Part shown: positions 34,404 to 45,102 of the stretch, in pieces | How the letters are laid out: the number at the start of each line of letters is the position of its first letter | How positions within the stretch are numbered: position 1 is the stretch's first letter | From: Alphaproteobacteria bacterium | GTDB taxonomy: Bacteria > Pseudomonadota > Alphaproteobacteria > RF32 > CAG-239 | Reading direction: 5' to 3' | DNA length: 64,000 nt | Assembly (NCBI GenBank): GCA_017471705.1 | Contig: JAFUSH010000023.1 | Span: 2,649 to 66,648 of the forward strand | Translations under genes and position numbers: made by a program | The notes under the pieces: model-generated | The model's database searches: none | Seen by the model: the letters and a program-made list of their open reading frames with translations, nothing else | What the model was told of the DNA's origin: nothing

Positions 34404-36476
34404 CTATTTTCTATCCTTCACACTCATTTCTTCCGGAGCCTGCTGAATAATTTCAATCTGCTCGGTAACCGGTTTATATATTGTCTGTTGCCAAGGACTC
34501 TCTTCAATATATTCGTGACCGCATATACTTATGCCCAAACTGCGAAGAGCAATTTCAGTCGGAACATAAACATCCAATCCGTCATCGGTTCTGATTCCGG
34601 AATGTGCCATACCGCCAACCGTACAAGTCTTGTGGAACAATGCTCCGCCCACGGTAACATTTTGAATAAAGGTATTAACCAAGATTTCAGCACCTTTTTC
34701 TTTGGTATAGCGGTAACCTTCAATACGAGCGCTGTTTTCTAAATAATCCTGTCCTTCTTTGAAATTAGGAACATCCAACACGCCCATTGTCAAGAAACCG
34801 TCTGTTCCTACTTCAGGCAAACTCAAATTCAAAGCTAACGGAGTATATTCCGTAGGCTTATCCAACATCAACAGCGCCGTATTTTTACTCGGATTGACTC
34901 TAACTGCACGAGCGCCCATTTCAGCTCCGCGAATAGTCTTAACAGTATAATAATTATTATTGCTGTCAATCAAATCTCCCGAAGTCAAAATAAACTGATC
35001 GGAAATTAACAAACCGGCGCCTTTACGACCGTTTGAGCCATTAATTTCGACAACCGAAGAGCGCATACGATACATTGTTTCCGGTGTTAAAGCTTTACAC
35101 GGATCCGTAGCTATAATGCACAAGTTTTCAAGAGATTTGACATCACCGGTATCAATCCAAGTATCATCAACAACTTGACAAGCACCGTTTTCTATAATCT
35201 GTCCGTTTTCATCAACACAAGATTCGATAACCGGAGCTTTTTCGGTCACGCAATCACCCGTTTCACAAGCAGGAGCGCAATCACAACATTGATTGAGCAT
35301 AGCTCCCGGACGACCGATTTCGCAACTCTTTACGCATTCATACTGTTTGCGATAGCCGCATTTAAGCGGATTGATTGCTCTTTCTTCTTCAATCAAAGCA
35401 TAACGCTCGGCAGCCATTTCCTGCATAGTTTTTCTTTGCATCAATTGTTCTTCAAATCCGGTCAGACCGCGCAAATTGCTGCTGGCATCGGAGAAAGCCC
35501 TTTCAATCAACTTAACTTCGCCGTTTTTCTCACCGTAATAAAGTTCACCGTAACCGGTGCTTTCGCCCTTCCAGTAAATTTTATTCTTGGTTAAATCCAT
35601 CAAACGCCATACAACCGTAATTTCGGAACTGCCGGTTCTGGTTTCTTTTTTCTCTGATTTATTCCAATCATATTCGTCGCATACATTCATAAAGTAATCG
35701 GTAATTTCCGCCGTCAAAACGTATTCCGGAGTTTCTGCCGGAACGGTCTGCAAGCATAAATCTTTAGGCATAGGCAATACTTTGTAGCAATCATCAACAG
35801 CTTCTTCAAACACGGATTGGAAATTAATATTCTTTTCCATTATACGTCCGCTGTTAAGAGAAGCCTCTTTATTAAAACGGCGGCAACCGAAAATGCGGAA
35901 ACGATAATTACCCAGTTTGGAAGAATAAGGACCGTCAACACCATTGTTTTTAATACGGAAATCCACGTGATCTAATGCAATTGTTCCCATCTGGCAGCAA
36001 TTCTTTTGAACTGCTTCGTAAACAACCGGCGTATACGGCACATAATCACGCAAAGCTACCATTTCGGCCTGACGGGCTTCACACTGATAGCACGGTCCTG
36101 GAACCATAGCATTTTCTTTAGAACAACCGTGGCACGGTTTTCCGCCGAATAAACTTCCGTCCTTATCTTTGGCGCAGCTGGAGCAAGAACCTCCCGGAAA
36201 CAAACTTCCATCCTTATCTTTCGGTGGAACTCCATTATCCTCTTCTTGAGCGACAACAATAGGTTGCTGTTCGTATGCGACGGCTGTTGCCGGCATAACC
36301 GTTTCTTCTTCATAAACTACTTGCGGCATCTGAACTCCCGATTGTTCAACAATCACTTGTTCCGATACCGTTCCGTAATCATAATATTCATTATCGGCTA
36401 CGGCGATACCGGCAGCAAGCGAACTTGTCGCCAGAGCTGCAGTCAGCACATATAATACATTTTTGTTCTTACTCAT
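34404..36476 (-). CDS. secreted Cys-rich protein with a C-terminal trypsin/HtrA-like domain that appears catalytically inactive
   Basis: 690 aa; signal peptide MSKNKNVLYVLTAALATSSLAAGIAVA. The C-terminal GAGLLISDQFILTSGDLI...NTALLML...NVTVGGALF aligns by eye to GSG..I...TNNHV...SD(I/L)AL...GNSGGAL. Confidence 0.6.
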   Translation of the reverse strand: MSKNKNVLYVLTAALATSSLAAGIAVADNEYYDYGTVSEQVIVEQSGVQMPQVVYEEETVMPATAVAYEQQPIVVAQEEDNGVPPKDKDGSLFPGGSCSSCAKDKDGSLFGGKPCHGCSKENAMVPGPCYQCEARQAEMVALRDYVPYTPVVYEAVQKNCCQMGTIALDHVDFRIKNNGVDGPYSSKLGNYRFRIFGCRRFNKEASLNSGRIMEKNINFQSVFEEAVDDCYKVLPMPKDLCLQTVPAETPEYVLTAEITDYFMNVCDEYDWNKSEKKETRTGSSEITVVWRLMDLTKNKIYWKGESTGYGELYYGEKNGEVKLIERAFSDASSNLRGLTGFEEQLMQRKTMQEMAAERYALIEEERAINPLKCGYRKQYECVKSCEIGRPGAMLNQCCDCAPACETGDCVTEKAPVIESCVDENGQIIENGACQVVDDTWIDTGDVKSLENLCIIATDPCKALTPETMYRMRSSVVEINGSNGRKGAGLLISDQFILTSGDLIDSNNNYYTVKTIRGAEMGARAVRVNPSKNTALLMLDKPTEYTPLALNLSLPEVGTDGFLTMGVLDVPNFKEGQDYLENSARIEGYRYTKEKGAEILVNTFIQNVTVGGALFHKTCTVGGMAHSGIRTDDGLDVYVPTEIALRSLGISICGHEYIEESPWQQTIYKPVTEQIEIIQQAPEEMSVKDRK

Positions 36477-36486
36477 TTATTTTCTC

Positions 36487-38019
36487 CTATACCTGTTTCG
36501 ACGGCATAACATATCTGTATGACAACGCCTCTGCTACGTGTACTTTAGACACATTTTTTTTATTTTGCAAGTCTGCAATTGTTCTTGCCAGTTTTAAAAT
36601 ACGATGATACGCTCGCGCTGAAAGTTTCATCTTATCGGCAAAACCGACTAAAAGCCCTTTGGCATCACTATCCAACTGCACTGCAGCATCAAGTAAATCT
36701 CCTTTAAGCTGCGAATTGGTATGCAATTCGGGATGTCCAAACTCATTAAATCTTTGTTGCTGTATTTGACGAGCCGCAACCACTCTTTGCCTGATAGTCG
36801 CAGAATTTTCACCTTTTTTCACATCGGATATATCCCACGGACTTACCGGCGGAACTTGAATATGAATATCAAACCTGTCCATCAACGGACCCGATATTTT
36901 TGATTGATACTCTTCCGCACACTTGGGTGCTCGTGAACACTCGTGTCCGTTAATTCCCAAATAACCGCAGCGACAAGGATTCATTGCCGCTACTAACTGA
37001 AAACTAGCCGGATACTGCGTATGGCAATGAACACGCGATATACTGACGTAACCGGTTTCAATCGGCTGACGTAAAGCCTCCAGTGTCGATTTATTAAATT
37101 CCGGTAATTCATCCAAAAACAAGACTCCGTTATGCGCGAGTGAAATTTCTCCCGGAATTCCTTTTCTGCCGCCGCCGATTAAAGCGGGAGTAGAAGCATT
37201 GTGGTGCGGGTCACGGTACGGACGTTCAAAACTGATTTCTCCGTTTTTAAGTTCACCGGCAACTGAATGAATCATACAGGTTTCCAAAGCCTCTTCAGTC
37301 GTAAGCGGCGGCAAAATGGTGGTTAATCTTGAAGCAAGCATTGATTTTCCGGCTCCGGGAGTTCCCACCATAAGCAAATTATGCGCTCCGGCGGCGGCAA
37401 TTTCCAAAGCACGTTTAGCCGTTTCCTGTCCGCGGACATCCGACATATCCAAATCGGATATTTTTGTTTTTTTGCTTCTGGCTGTCGGTTGCGGCAATTG
37501 TTGCACTCCCTTAAAGTGATTTATAAGTGAAAGTAATGTCGGAGCTGCAACAATATCTTTTAATCCCGACCATACGGCCTCACTGCCCTGAACTTCGGGG
37601 CAAATAAGCCCTTTATCGATTCGATTTGCGTGAATGGCAACCGGCAAAACACCGTTTATCGGCATAATCACACCATCAAGTCCCAATTCACCGACTATAA
37701 TGTAGTTGTCAATTTCCTCAGCCGGAACAATATTTAATCCGGCAAGAAGCGCCATTGCTATAGGCAAATCAAAATGAGAGCCTTCTTTTAACAAATCGGC
37801 CGGAGCTAAATTAATCGTAATGCGCTTGGCGGGAATTTCGACGCCCATAGTATTCAGAGCCGCACGCACACGCTCTTTGCTTTCTGCCACGGTTTTATCC
37901 GGTAAACCGACAATGGTAAACGCCGGCATACCGGAAGTAATCTGCAACTGCAAATCAACATCCAACGTGGATAAACCGTTAAAAGCTATGGTATGAACGT
38001 GCGCCAACATTTTTACCAC
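36487..38019 (-). CDS. comM: YifB/ComM family Mg-chelatase-like ATPase
   Basis: 510 aa; GTPGAGKSMLASRL Walker A and GVLFLDELPEF Walker B; typical family length. Confidence 0.9.
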   Translation of the reverse strand: MVKMLAHVHTIAFNGLSTLDVDLQLQITSGMPAFTIVGLPDKTVAESKERVRAALNTMGVEIPAKRITINLAPADLLKEGSHFDLPIAMALLAGLNIVPAEEIDNYIIVGELGLDGVIMPINGVLPVAIHANRIDKGLICPEVQGSEAVWSGLKDIVAAPTLLSLINHFKGVQQLPQPTARSKKTKISDLDMSDVRGQETAKRALEIAAAGAHNLLMVGTPGAGKSMLASRLTTILPPLTTEEALETCMIHSVAGELKNGEISFERPYRDPHHNASTPALIGGGRKGIPGEISLAHNGVLFLDELPEFNKSTLEALRQPIETGYVSISRVHCHTQYPASFQLVAAMNPCRCGYLGINGHECSRAPKCAEEYQSKISGPLMDRFDIHIQVPPVSPWDISDVKKGENSATIRQRVVAARQIQQQRFNEFGHPELHTNSQLKGDLLDAAVQLDSDAKGLLVGFADKMKLSARAYHRILKLARTIADLQNKKNVSKVHVAEALSYRYVMPSKQV

Positions 38020-38651
38020 CTCGGGAAGTACTCCCCTTCACGCCAACGGCGAGTAGGATAAGTTCCGGTTTTCAGTCTGTCGTATTTCGCGGCGAACCTT
38101 GGAATATCCTCTATTCTGACATAGCAGGAATTTTCAAGTCTGGATACGCAAATTTCGATTTCTTCCTCGGTTCCGCGGCAATATGCCAATACGTGCGTAT
38201 TCTGATTTTCCAGAATCACTTCATCAACATACTTATTGCGTTCAACGTCCGGAAACTTACCTTCTACGGCATCAACATCTATTTCTTTTTCGAACTGCGG
38301 AATAGTCTTTTTGATTCTTTTAACCGTACGTTTGATTTTTCTGACAGACGGTGTTTGCGGAACTTCTTCAGTTTCTTCAATTTCCGGAGTTTCTTCCGCC
38401 TCTTCGGTTTCCGGCTCCTCTTCAACAATTTCTTCATAAACTTCCGGTTCTTCCGGATAGTAATAATCCACGCACCCCGGAACCTCAAATGTCCCTTGCT
38501 CGTCGTAAACCGCTACCATAGTTTCTTGCTTACATTGCGGAATATATTTTTCAACCAGACGTTTGCGCTCGTAAGGACGATCGGAAATCTCGACACACCC
38601 CGCAAGCAAAATCACCGCCAATACGGATAAAATCGTGTATTTATTTATCAT
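38013..38651 (-). CDS. putative lipoprotein with acidic Glu-rich linker (212 aa)
   Basis: Lipobox ILLAGC; EEPETEEAEETPEIEETEE tract; overlaps the comM start by 7 nt. Confidence 0.6.
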   Translation of the reverse strand: MINKYTILSVLAVILLAGCVEISDRPYERKRLVEKYIPQCKQETMVAVYDEQGTFEVPGCVDYYYPEEPEVYEEIVEEEPETEEAEETPEIEETEEVPQTPSVRKIKRTVKRIKKTIPQFEKEIDVDAVEGKFPDVERNKYVDEVILENQNTHVLAYCRGTEEEIEICVSRLENSCYVRIEDIPRFAAKYDRLKTGTYPTRRWREGEYFPRW

Positions 38652-38764
38652 TTTACACCTTAAATTGACATTACTTTGCCCCCACGATATACCAAAAATG
38701 TTAAAATAATGTTTATATTGAAACCTGCCGCTTAAGTAAAATCGGCTTTATGTCCAAAAAAACG

Positions 38765-38793
38765 CTTGCAATTATCCTCTTTTTGTGTATATT
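38765..38793 (+). promoter_or_regulatory. putative rpsF operon promoter (CTTGCA-N17-TATATT) followed by a leader of about 130 nt
   Basis: Hexamers read directly; the ATG is at 38932. Confidence 0.4.
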
Positions 38794-38931
38794 TACGCTT
38801 GTCCCTTGCCGGATTCGTTAAGATATTCGGCTATACATTAACCGGTCGGCAGTTGTTTTTCGGCGCCTCAAAGTGTTATGAAATACAAATGACGACCATT
38901 TGTTGAGTTATCCATAAGGAGATATTTTAAT

Positions 38932-39273
38932 ATGGCAAATTACGAAAGCGTGCTGATTGCACGTCAAGACTTAGGCGCCTCGCAAGTTAATACTCTCGTT
39001 TCGGAATTGAGCGAAGTTATTAAAAAAGAAGGCGGCGAAGTTGTTAAAGTTGATAATTGGGGGTTGAAAAACCTTGCTTATCGCATTAAAAAGAACCGCA
39101 AAGGTTACTATGTGTTGCTGAACATTACGGCTCCTGCCAAAGCAATTTTTGAATATGAAAGACTTATCCGTTTGAACGAAGATGTCATTCGTTATATGAC
39201 GGTTAAGGTTGATGAATTCTGCAATGAAACCGCTAACACCGATGAAGATGTTGCGGTTGCTCAGGAAGCTTAA
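38932..39273 (+). CDS. rpsF: 30S ribosomal protein S6
   Basis: [13 protein letters not shown]...[22 protein letters not shown] is typical of S6. Confidence 0.94.
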   Translation: MANYESVLIARQDLGASQVNTLVSELSEVIKKEGGEVVKVDNWGLKNLAYRIKKNRKGYYVLLNITAPAKAIFEYERLIRLNEDVIRYMTVKVDEFCNETANTDEDVAVAQEA

Positions 39274-39284
39274 GGAGAACGATA

Positions 39285-39509
39285 ATGGCTAAACAAACAT
39301 TTTTCAAAAGAAAATCTTGCCCGTTTTCCGGTGAAAACGCTATAAAGATTGATTACAAAGACGTTAAATTGCTTTCCCGCTATGTTTCCGAGAAAGGCAA
39401 AATCATTCCGTCTCGTATCACTTCTGTTTCGGCTAAAAAGCAAAGAGAATTGGCTAAGGCTATTAAACGCGCCCGCTATATCGCTTTGTTGCCTTATGTT
39501 GCTATGTAG
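39285..39509 (+). CDS. rpsR: 30S ribosomal protein S18
   Basis: [51 protein letters not shown] is typical of S18. Confidence 0.94.
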   Translation: MAKQTFFKRKSCPFSGENAIKIDYKDVKLLSRYVSEKGKIIPSRITSVSAKKQRELAKAIKRARYIALLPYVAM

Positions 39510-39518
39510 GAGGGTATT

Positions 39519-40004
39519 ATGGAAGTTATTTTACTTGAACACGTAGAAAAATTGGGCAAAATGGGAGATAAAGTAAGCGTTAAAAACGGTTATGCCCGTA
39601 ACTACTTGTTGCCGCAGAAAAAAGCTTTGCGCGCTACTGAAGCTAATATGGCTTACTTTGAAGCCCAAAAAGCTGCTTGGGAATTACATAACCAAGAATT
39701 GCTCGGCAAAGCCGCTGAATTAGCAGGCTCTTTGAACGGATTCAGCGCCGTTTTAATTCGTCAAGCCGCCGAAACCGGTCAATTGTACGGTTCGGTTACC
39801 ATTCGTGACATTGCTTCTGCAATTAAAGAAGCAGGTTATGATGTGGCTCGCCGTTACATTTATTTGGAAAAGCCGATTAAGGACTTGGGTATTTATCAAG
39901 TTAAATTAAACTTGCACCCGGAGGTTTCTCAAACTATTTTGGTTAACGTTGCCAGAAGTTCCGAAGAAGCTAAAAAACAGGCTAAGGCTTATTCTCAAGA
40001 ATAA
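39519..40004 (+). CDS. rplI: 50S ribosomal protein L9
   Basis: MEVILLEHVEKLGKMGDKVSVKNGYARNYLLPQKKA is typical of L9. Confidence 0.94.
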   Translation: MEVILLEHVEKLGKMGDKVSVKNGYARNYLLPQKKALRATEANMAYFEAQKAAWELHNQELLGKAAELAGSLNGFSAVLIRQAAETGQLYGSVTIRDIASAIKEAGYDVARRYIYLEKPIKDLGIYQVKLNLHPEVSQTILVNVARSSEEAKKQAKAYSQE

Positions 40005-40054
40005 TCTTCTTGAAAATCAAAAAAACGCTCACGATAACTTTCGCGAGCGTTTTT

Positions 40055-40480
40055 TTACATAAATTTTTCAGCAAACTCTAATTTATCTATGCTATTGATT
40101 GTCTTTATTTGCTCATTTTTTAAAATCATCGGTAATTCTACAGAAACAAAAGTACTGCGTTTATCGGCGTTATCAACGAAAGCAGTTAGATTTCCGGTTG
40201 CTGCTTTAATAAATCTTTCCGATGCTATTGCCCATACTTTTAAAATTTCCGCATCCGGACTTTCATTACCCGTTTCCAATCCCAGCGCAATCAACTTTTT
40301 TCCGCATTCTGTATCATCTAACATTTTCTTATCGGGATTAAGACGTAAATACTCCATTGCTTTGCGTTTATTATCATCACTAGGCTGATAGCTGATACTG
40401 TAAAGAACAACGCTGTCTTTAGGAGTTAACACGTCGGCAGTTTGTGCAATCGCAAAAGCCTGCCTTAATTTTTCATTCAT
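40055..40480 (-). CDS. hypothetical protein (141 aa)
   Basis: ORF with coding-like composition downstream of the DUF4167 gene; no motif recognised. Confidence 0.5.
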   Translation of the reverse strand: MNEKLRQAFAIAQTADVLTPKDSVVLYSISYQPSDDNKRKAMEYLRLNPDKKMLDDTECGKKLIALGLETGNESPDAEILKVWAIASERFIKAATGNLTAFVDNADKRSTFVSVELPMILKNEQIKTINSIDKLEFAEKFM

Positions 40481-40485
40481 AGCGA

Positions 40486-41019
40486 CTAGGCCTCGGTTCC
40501 GGTAGCTTCGACATTTTTTTTCAAACGAAGCGATGAGCGACGCTTGCGCGGTTCTTTCGGAGTTTCGGCAGCAGCTTCTTCACTGACTTCGACAACTTTC
40601 AAACTGCGGCGTCCTCTGCGCGGTTTATTATCCGCTACCGTTTCCGAAACATTTTCTTCCGGAGCTTTTTCAGTTTCAAGCGTTAATTCGGCAGCTTGAG
40701 TTTCCACTAAATTATTATTATTTGTTTCCGGCACATTTTCTTCCGAGTTTTGCTGATTTTCATTTTGATATTCTCGATGCTGATTTTTACGCTCGTTAAT
40801 TTCCGTAACTATCTTACGATAATGCTCGGCATACTGACGGAACACTTCCATTTCAACATAATTTCCGTTACTCTGAGCCTCTTTAGCAAGTTCATTGTAG
40901 CGCTTAATCAAATCAAGAGCCGTACCGCTGAACTTACCGGCTGCGCTCACGCTGTCAAATTTATAATTGAGAGAATACACCGTATTCCCGCGAAACTTAT
41001 TGTTATTGATTTTTTTCAT
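40486..41019 (-). CDS. DUF4167-like protein
   Basis: GTALDLIKRYNELAKEAQSNGNYVEMEVFRQYAEHY resembles alphaproteobacterial DUF4167. ATG 41019 preferred over TTG 41034. Confidence 0.6.
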   Translation of the reverse strand: MKKINNNKFRGNTVYSLNYKFDSVSAAGKFSGTALDLIKRYNELAKEAQSNGNYVEMEVFRQYAEHYRKIVTEINERKNQHREYQNENQQNSEENVPETNNNNLVETQAAELTLETEKAPEENVSETVADNKPRRGRRSLKVVEVSEEAAAETPKEPRKRRSSLRLKKNVEATGTEA

Positions 41020-41093
41020 ATAATAACCATTCAAAAAAAATTATAAAGTTAAAAAACATCAGGCGACAAAAACTGCCTCACATCTGATATATA

Positions 41094-41960
41094 CTAGCTA
41101 TTTTTATTTTCCGCAACTGCTTTTTGCAGAATTACACAACGGGCAATACCGGATAAATCATTGACAATTTTACGCAATCTCAATCCGTTTGCGATAAAAA
41201 TATCGGCAATTTTTTCGGCTTGCCCAATTCCGGCTTCCAGTAAAACATATCCGCCATCTTGCAAAAGCCGCGGAGCAATTCGGGCTATTTGTGCATAACT
41301 GTCATACCCGTTTTCACCGCCGTCTAAAGCCAAGCGCGGATCATATTCTTTAACTTCAGTGTCCAAAGTATCAATATCGGCAGAAGGAATATACGGAGGG
41401 TTTGACACTATCATATCAAATTTTTCGCCGATTTTTATTATAAAATCCGTATCGAACCAACTGGCATTCAAAAAGCATATCCGCTCGCTTATTTCCAGAT
41501 TATCGGCATTTTCCGCTGCCAGAATCAACGCTTTATCCGATATATCAACCGCACAGCCTCTTGCCGAAGGTAAATCTTTCAGCAGCGATTCGATAATACA
41601 ACCGCTTCCGCATCCCAAATCCAATATATAAGCCTTCGATATGTTTTGCAAAATTTCAAGTGCGCTTTCCACCAAAATTTCCGTATCCTGACGAGGTGAT
41701 AAAACATCTTCTGTCACTTTAAATTCATACTTGTAAAATTCTTTATGCCCTAAAATCTTATCCAAAGGTTTATGTTTCAGACGCTGTTCAAGCATATCCT
41801 CAACCTTTTTCTTTTCTTCTTCGGTTATGGTTATATCCTGAAATATTTCCGACGGTAAACGATGCAAAACTTCCGCAAACATCAACCGAGTTTCCAATCT
41901 GGGACTTTCTATTTGTGCCGCGGCTAACTTTTGTACGACTTGCAGAAAAAAACTTTCCAT
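41094..41960 (-). CDS. prmC: peptide chain release factor N5-glutamine methyltransferase
   Basis: 288 aa; DLGCGSGCI SAM motif and the IVSNPPYI (NPPY) catalytic motif. Confidence 0.92.
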   Translation of the reverse strand: MESFFLQVVQKLAAAQIESPRLETRLMFAEVLHRLPSEIFQDITITEEEKKKVEDMLEQRLKHKPLDKILGHKEFYKYEFKVTEDVLSPRQDTEILVESALEILQNISKAYILDLGCGSGCIIESLLKDLPSARGCAVDISDKALILAAENADNLEISERICFLNASWFDTDFIIKIGEKFDMIVSNPPYIPSADIDTLDTEVKEYDPRLALDGGENGYDSYAQIARIAPRLLQDGGYVLLEAGIGQAEKIADIFIANGLRLRKIVNDLSGIARCVILQKAVAENKNS

Positions 41961-42863
41961 TTATGCAACCATTTTCATCGATTTTTTAACTTCCACCGAT
42001 AGTTTTTCAAAAGCTTTTTTCTCAATTTGACGAACTCTCTCGCGGCTGATGGAAAACTTATTTCCGATTTCATCAAGGGTTTGCGGTTCTTCGGTGAGCA
42101 TTCTGTGTTTAACGATATATTGTTCACGCTCGTTAAGTGTTTCCAACGCTTTTAACAATATTTTGCGTTTTATTTCACTTTCTTCTTTGACCGCATATTT
42201 CATTTCAATATTTTGTGACTTATCTGCCAATAAATCTATGGCTTCAACCGATTCGTCATCGTGATTTACCGGCACGTTTAACGAAGTATCACCGCCGATA
42301 CGACGATTCATTTCAACTACATCTTTTTCATCTACCACTAATTCATTTGCTATTTGCTTAACAATTTGCGGTTCAAGTTCTTTATTGTCATAAAGCCCAA
42401 GTTTTGCCTTAATACGCCCCAAATTATAGAAAAGTTTTTTCTGCGCCGCCACCGTACCGATTTTGACCAACGACCAAGAACGTAAAACAAAATCGTTAAG
42501 TGCTGCCTTTATCCATAAAATAGCGTATGTGGAAAGACGAACCTTTTTATTTATATCAAACTTTTTAACCGCTTGCATCAAACCGATATTGGCTTCCGAT
42601 ATCAAATCTGCGGTAGGTAAACCGTAGCGACGATAGGTAAGTGCTATTTTAACCGCCAAACGCAGATGCGAAGTAATTAAAGTCTGCGCCGCTTGCAAAT
42701 CTCCCTGTTCTTTGAATTGGCGGATTAACTTTTCTTCTTCTTCCAAGCTCAATACCGGAAACTGCTTTATTTGCTGCAAATAGCTGTGTAAACCATCCTC
42801 TTCGACAATGGCCGGTAAATTGGTTTTATTTTCATAAACAACTATGTCCTGACGATTACTCAT
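41961..42863 (-). CDS. rpoH: RNA polymerase sigma-32 factor
   Basis: 300 aa; RpoH-box-like AAQKKLFYNLGRIKAKL and a region 4 SRERVRQIEKKA. Confidence 0.9.
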   Translation of the reverse strand: MSNRQDIVVYENKTNLPAIVEEDGLHSYLQQIKQFPVLSLEEEEKLIRQFKEQGDLQAAQTLITSHLRLAVKIALTYRRYGLPTADLISEANIGLMQAVKKFDINKKVRLSTYAILWIKAALNDFVLRSWSLVKIGTVAAQKKLFYNLGRIKAKLGLYDNKELEPQIVKQIANELVVDEKDVVEMNRRIGGDTSLNVPVNHDDESVEAIDLLADKSQNIEMKYAVKEESEIKRKILLKALETLNEREQYIVKHRMLTEEPQTLDEIGNKFSISRERVRQIEKKAFEKLSVEVKKSMKMVA

Positions 42864-42869
42864 AAAAAA

Positions 42870-43571
42870 CTACCAATTATGCACAAAAGTTGCCTCATCC
42901 ATTTTTTCCGGAATGCTTATCAGATTCGTCACCACCACTTTGTAATACTTCATATACGGATATATAATCAGGTATACATTGCTGTATTTACCGAAAGTAT
43001 TATTTTTACTCTCGCATACTCTGGATATTTCCTGACTCCGGTTAATGCGCAAATACATCAAAGCGGCTTTAGTTTTGAAATTATCTTTACCGCTTAAATC
43101 ACTTTCATTTATTTCATTAAAATTATGCAGATTTTTTATCAATAAAATGCGACTTCGGCGGCTTTTTACCGAATTTTCCTCCACTTCGGTATTATCACGG
43201 ATAAAACGAGCCACTTCTTTGGTTAATTTTTCATTATTGCACGGTAACTCGGGCATTTCATATTCAGAATCTATATAATCGAAATCCGCGCTCGGATCCT
43301 GCTGTTTTTCTTCTTCCGATAATTGAATATTCATCGGAAGTACTTCGGCTCCCGTATATAAATCATCATCTTTTTCATCAAGTTCCTTTATTTCCGGCAT
43401 ATCGGCATAACGAGTGTAATGCACAAACACTTCCGGATTATCGGCATCGGATTCGCCTTGATTTTCTTGCGCAACTTGAGGCTCCTGAGCCACCTCATTT
43501 TCTTCTCCTAAAGCCGAAAACGAAAACAAGCAAAAAGCCAAAACTAGAAAAACAACATTCTTATTCTTCAT
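42870..43571 (-). CDS. hypothetical secreted protein (233 aa)
   Basis: Signal peptide MKNKNVVFLVLAFCLFSFSALG; acidic N-terminal region. Confidence 0.55.
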   Translation of the reverse strand: MKNKNVVFLVLAFCLFSFSALGEENEVAQEPQVAQENQGESDADNPEVFVHYTRYADMPEIKELDEKDDDLYTGAEVLPMNIQLSEEEKQQDPSADFDYIDSEYEMPELPCNNEKLTKEVARFIRDNTEVEENSVKSRRSRILLIKNLHNFNEINESDLSGKDNFKTKAALMYLRINRSQEISRVCESKNNTFGKYSNVYLIIYPYMKYYKVVVTNLISIPEKMDEATFVHNW

Positions 43572-43580
43572 ACTTTTTCC

Positions 43581-44969
43581 TTAAAAACTGACAGATTTAG
43601 GCGTTCTCGGGAACGGAATGGTATCACGAATATTGGCAATTCCGGTAACGAGCATCATCATACGTTCAAATCCCAAACCGAAACCGGCGTGAGGAACGGT
43701 ACCGTATTTACGCGAATCCAAATACCATTCATAGTTTTTAATATCCATCCCCGTTTCTTTAATTTTTTCAACTAAAACATCGTAACGCTCTTCTCTTTGC
43801 GAACCGCCGATAAGTTCGCCGATTCTCGGCACTAATACATCCATTGCCGCCACAGTTTTTCCATCATCATTTAAACGCATATAAAAAGCTTTAATTTCTT
43901 TCGGATAATCACGTACAATTACCGGACGCTTAAAATATTCTTCTGCCAAAAAGCGCTCGTGCTCTGTTTGCATATCAATACCATAGACCGGTTCATATTC
44001 AAATTTATGACCGGATTTTTGCATAATTTCGATTGCTTCGGTATAAGTAATGCGGGCAAAACCGTTATCAACTATATTACTTAAAGTCTGTTTCAATGTA
44101 GGATCCACAAACTTTTCAAACAAATCTAAATCATCGGCACAATTTTCCATAATATCTTTTACCAAATACCGCACCATATCCTCGGCCAAGTCCATATCAT
44201 CATAAATATCGGCAAATGCCATTTCCGGCTCAATCATCCAGAACTCGGCGGCGTGACGTTGGGTATTGGAATTTTCAGCTCTGAAAGTTGGTCCGAAAGT
44301 ATATATATCCCCTAAAGCACAGGAATACATTTCACCGTTTAGCTGACCGGATACCGTAAGTCTGGATTCTTTACCGAAGAAATCTTTAGAATAATCCACT
44401 TCTCCATTAGGCAGCAACGGCGGATTTTTCAAATCCAACGTGGTAATTTGAAACATCTCTCCGGCACCTTCACAATCTGATGCGGTAATAATCGGCGTAT
44501 GCACATAAGCAAAACCCCGTTCTTGAAAAAAATTATGAATAGCGTATGACAAGCGAGAGCGTACTCTAAACGCCGCACCGTACTTGTTTGTGCGCGGACG
44601 CAAATGAGCCACCGTGCGCAAAAATTCATCACTCATACCTTTCTTTTGTAAAGGGTAATCATCGGGAGCAATGCCGTAAATTTCTATGTTTTCAGCCTTA
44701 ATTTCATATTTTTGCTTACCGCCGGCAGATTCTACCAAAGCTCCGGTAACGGCAATCGACGAACCGGTTGTTAATTTTTTGACTTCGTTATAATTATTGA
44801 GGGTATTATTTGCTATAACTTGAATATTCTTCAAACACGAACCGTCGTTTACTTCCACAAACGAAAAATCTTTAGAATCCCGCTTGGTTTTAACCCAGCC
44901 TTTAACAAGCACCTGAGCAATGGTTTGCTCTGATTGCAACAACTTTTTTATTTTAGTTCTCTTTAACAT
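43581..44969 (-). CDS. asnS: asparagine--tRNA ligase
   Basis: 462 aa; class II motifs FRAE...[11 protein letters not shown] and GFGLGFERM. Confidence 0.94.
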   Translation of the reverse strand: MLKRTKIKKLLQSEQTIAQVLVKGWVKTKRDSKDFSFVEVNDGSCLKNIQVIANNTLNNYNEVKKLTTGSSIAVTGALVESAGGKQKYEIKAENIEIYGIAPDDYPLQKKGMSDEFLRTVAHLRPRTNKYGAAFRVRSRLSYAIHNFFQERGFAYVHTPIITASDCEGAGEMFQITTLDLKNPPLLPNGEVDYSKDFFGKESRLTVSGQLNGEMYSCALGDIYTFGPTFRAENSNTQRHAAEFWMIEPEMAFADIYDDMDLAEDMVRYLVKDIMENCADDLDLFEKFVDPTLKQTLSNIVDNGFARITYTEAIEIMQKSGHKFEYEPVYGIDMQTEHERFLAEEYFKRPVIVRDYPKEIKAFYMRLNDDGKTVAAMDVLVPRIGELIGGSQREERYDVLVEKIKETGMDIKNYEWYLDSRKYGTVPHAGFGLGFERMMMLVTGIANIRDTIPFPRTPKSVSF

Positions 44970-45102
44970 TTTGTACCCTCTGAACAGTTATGTTATTTTT
45001 AAATCTTATGCACTATATATCATCTATCTTTAATTGTCCAGTCTTGACAATAATTTTCAAATAGATAATTATATACATAGTTTTTACAATAGGAGATTGC
45101 AA

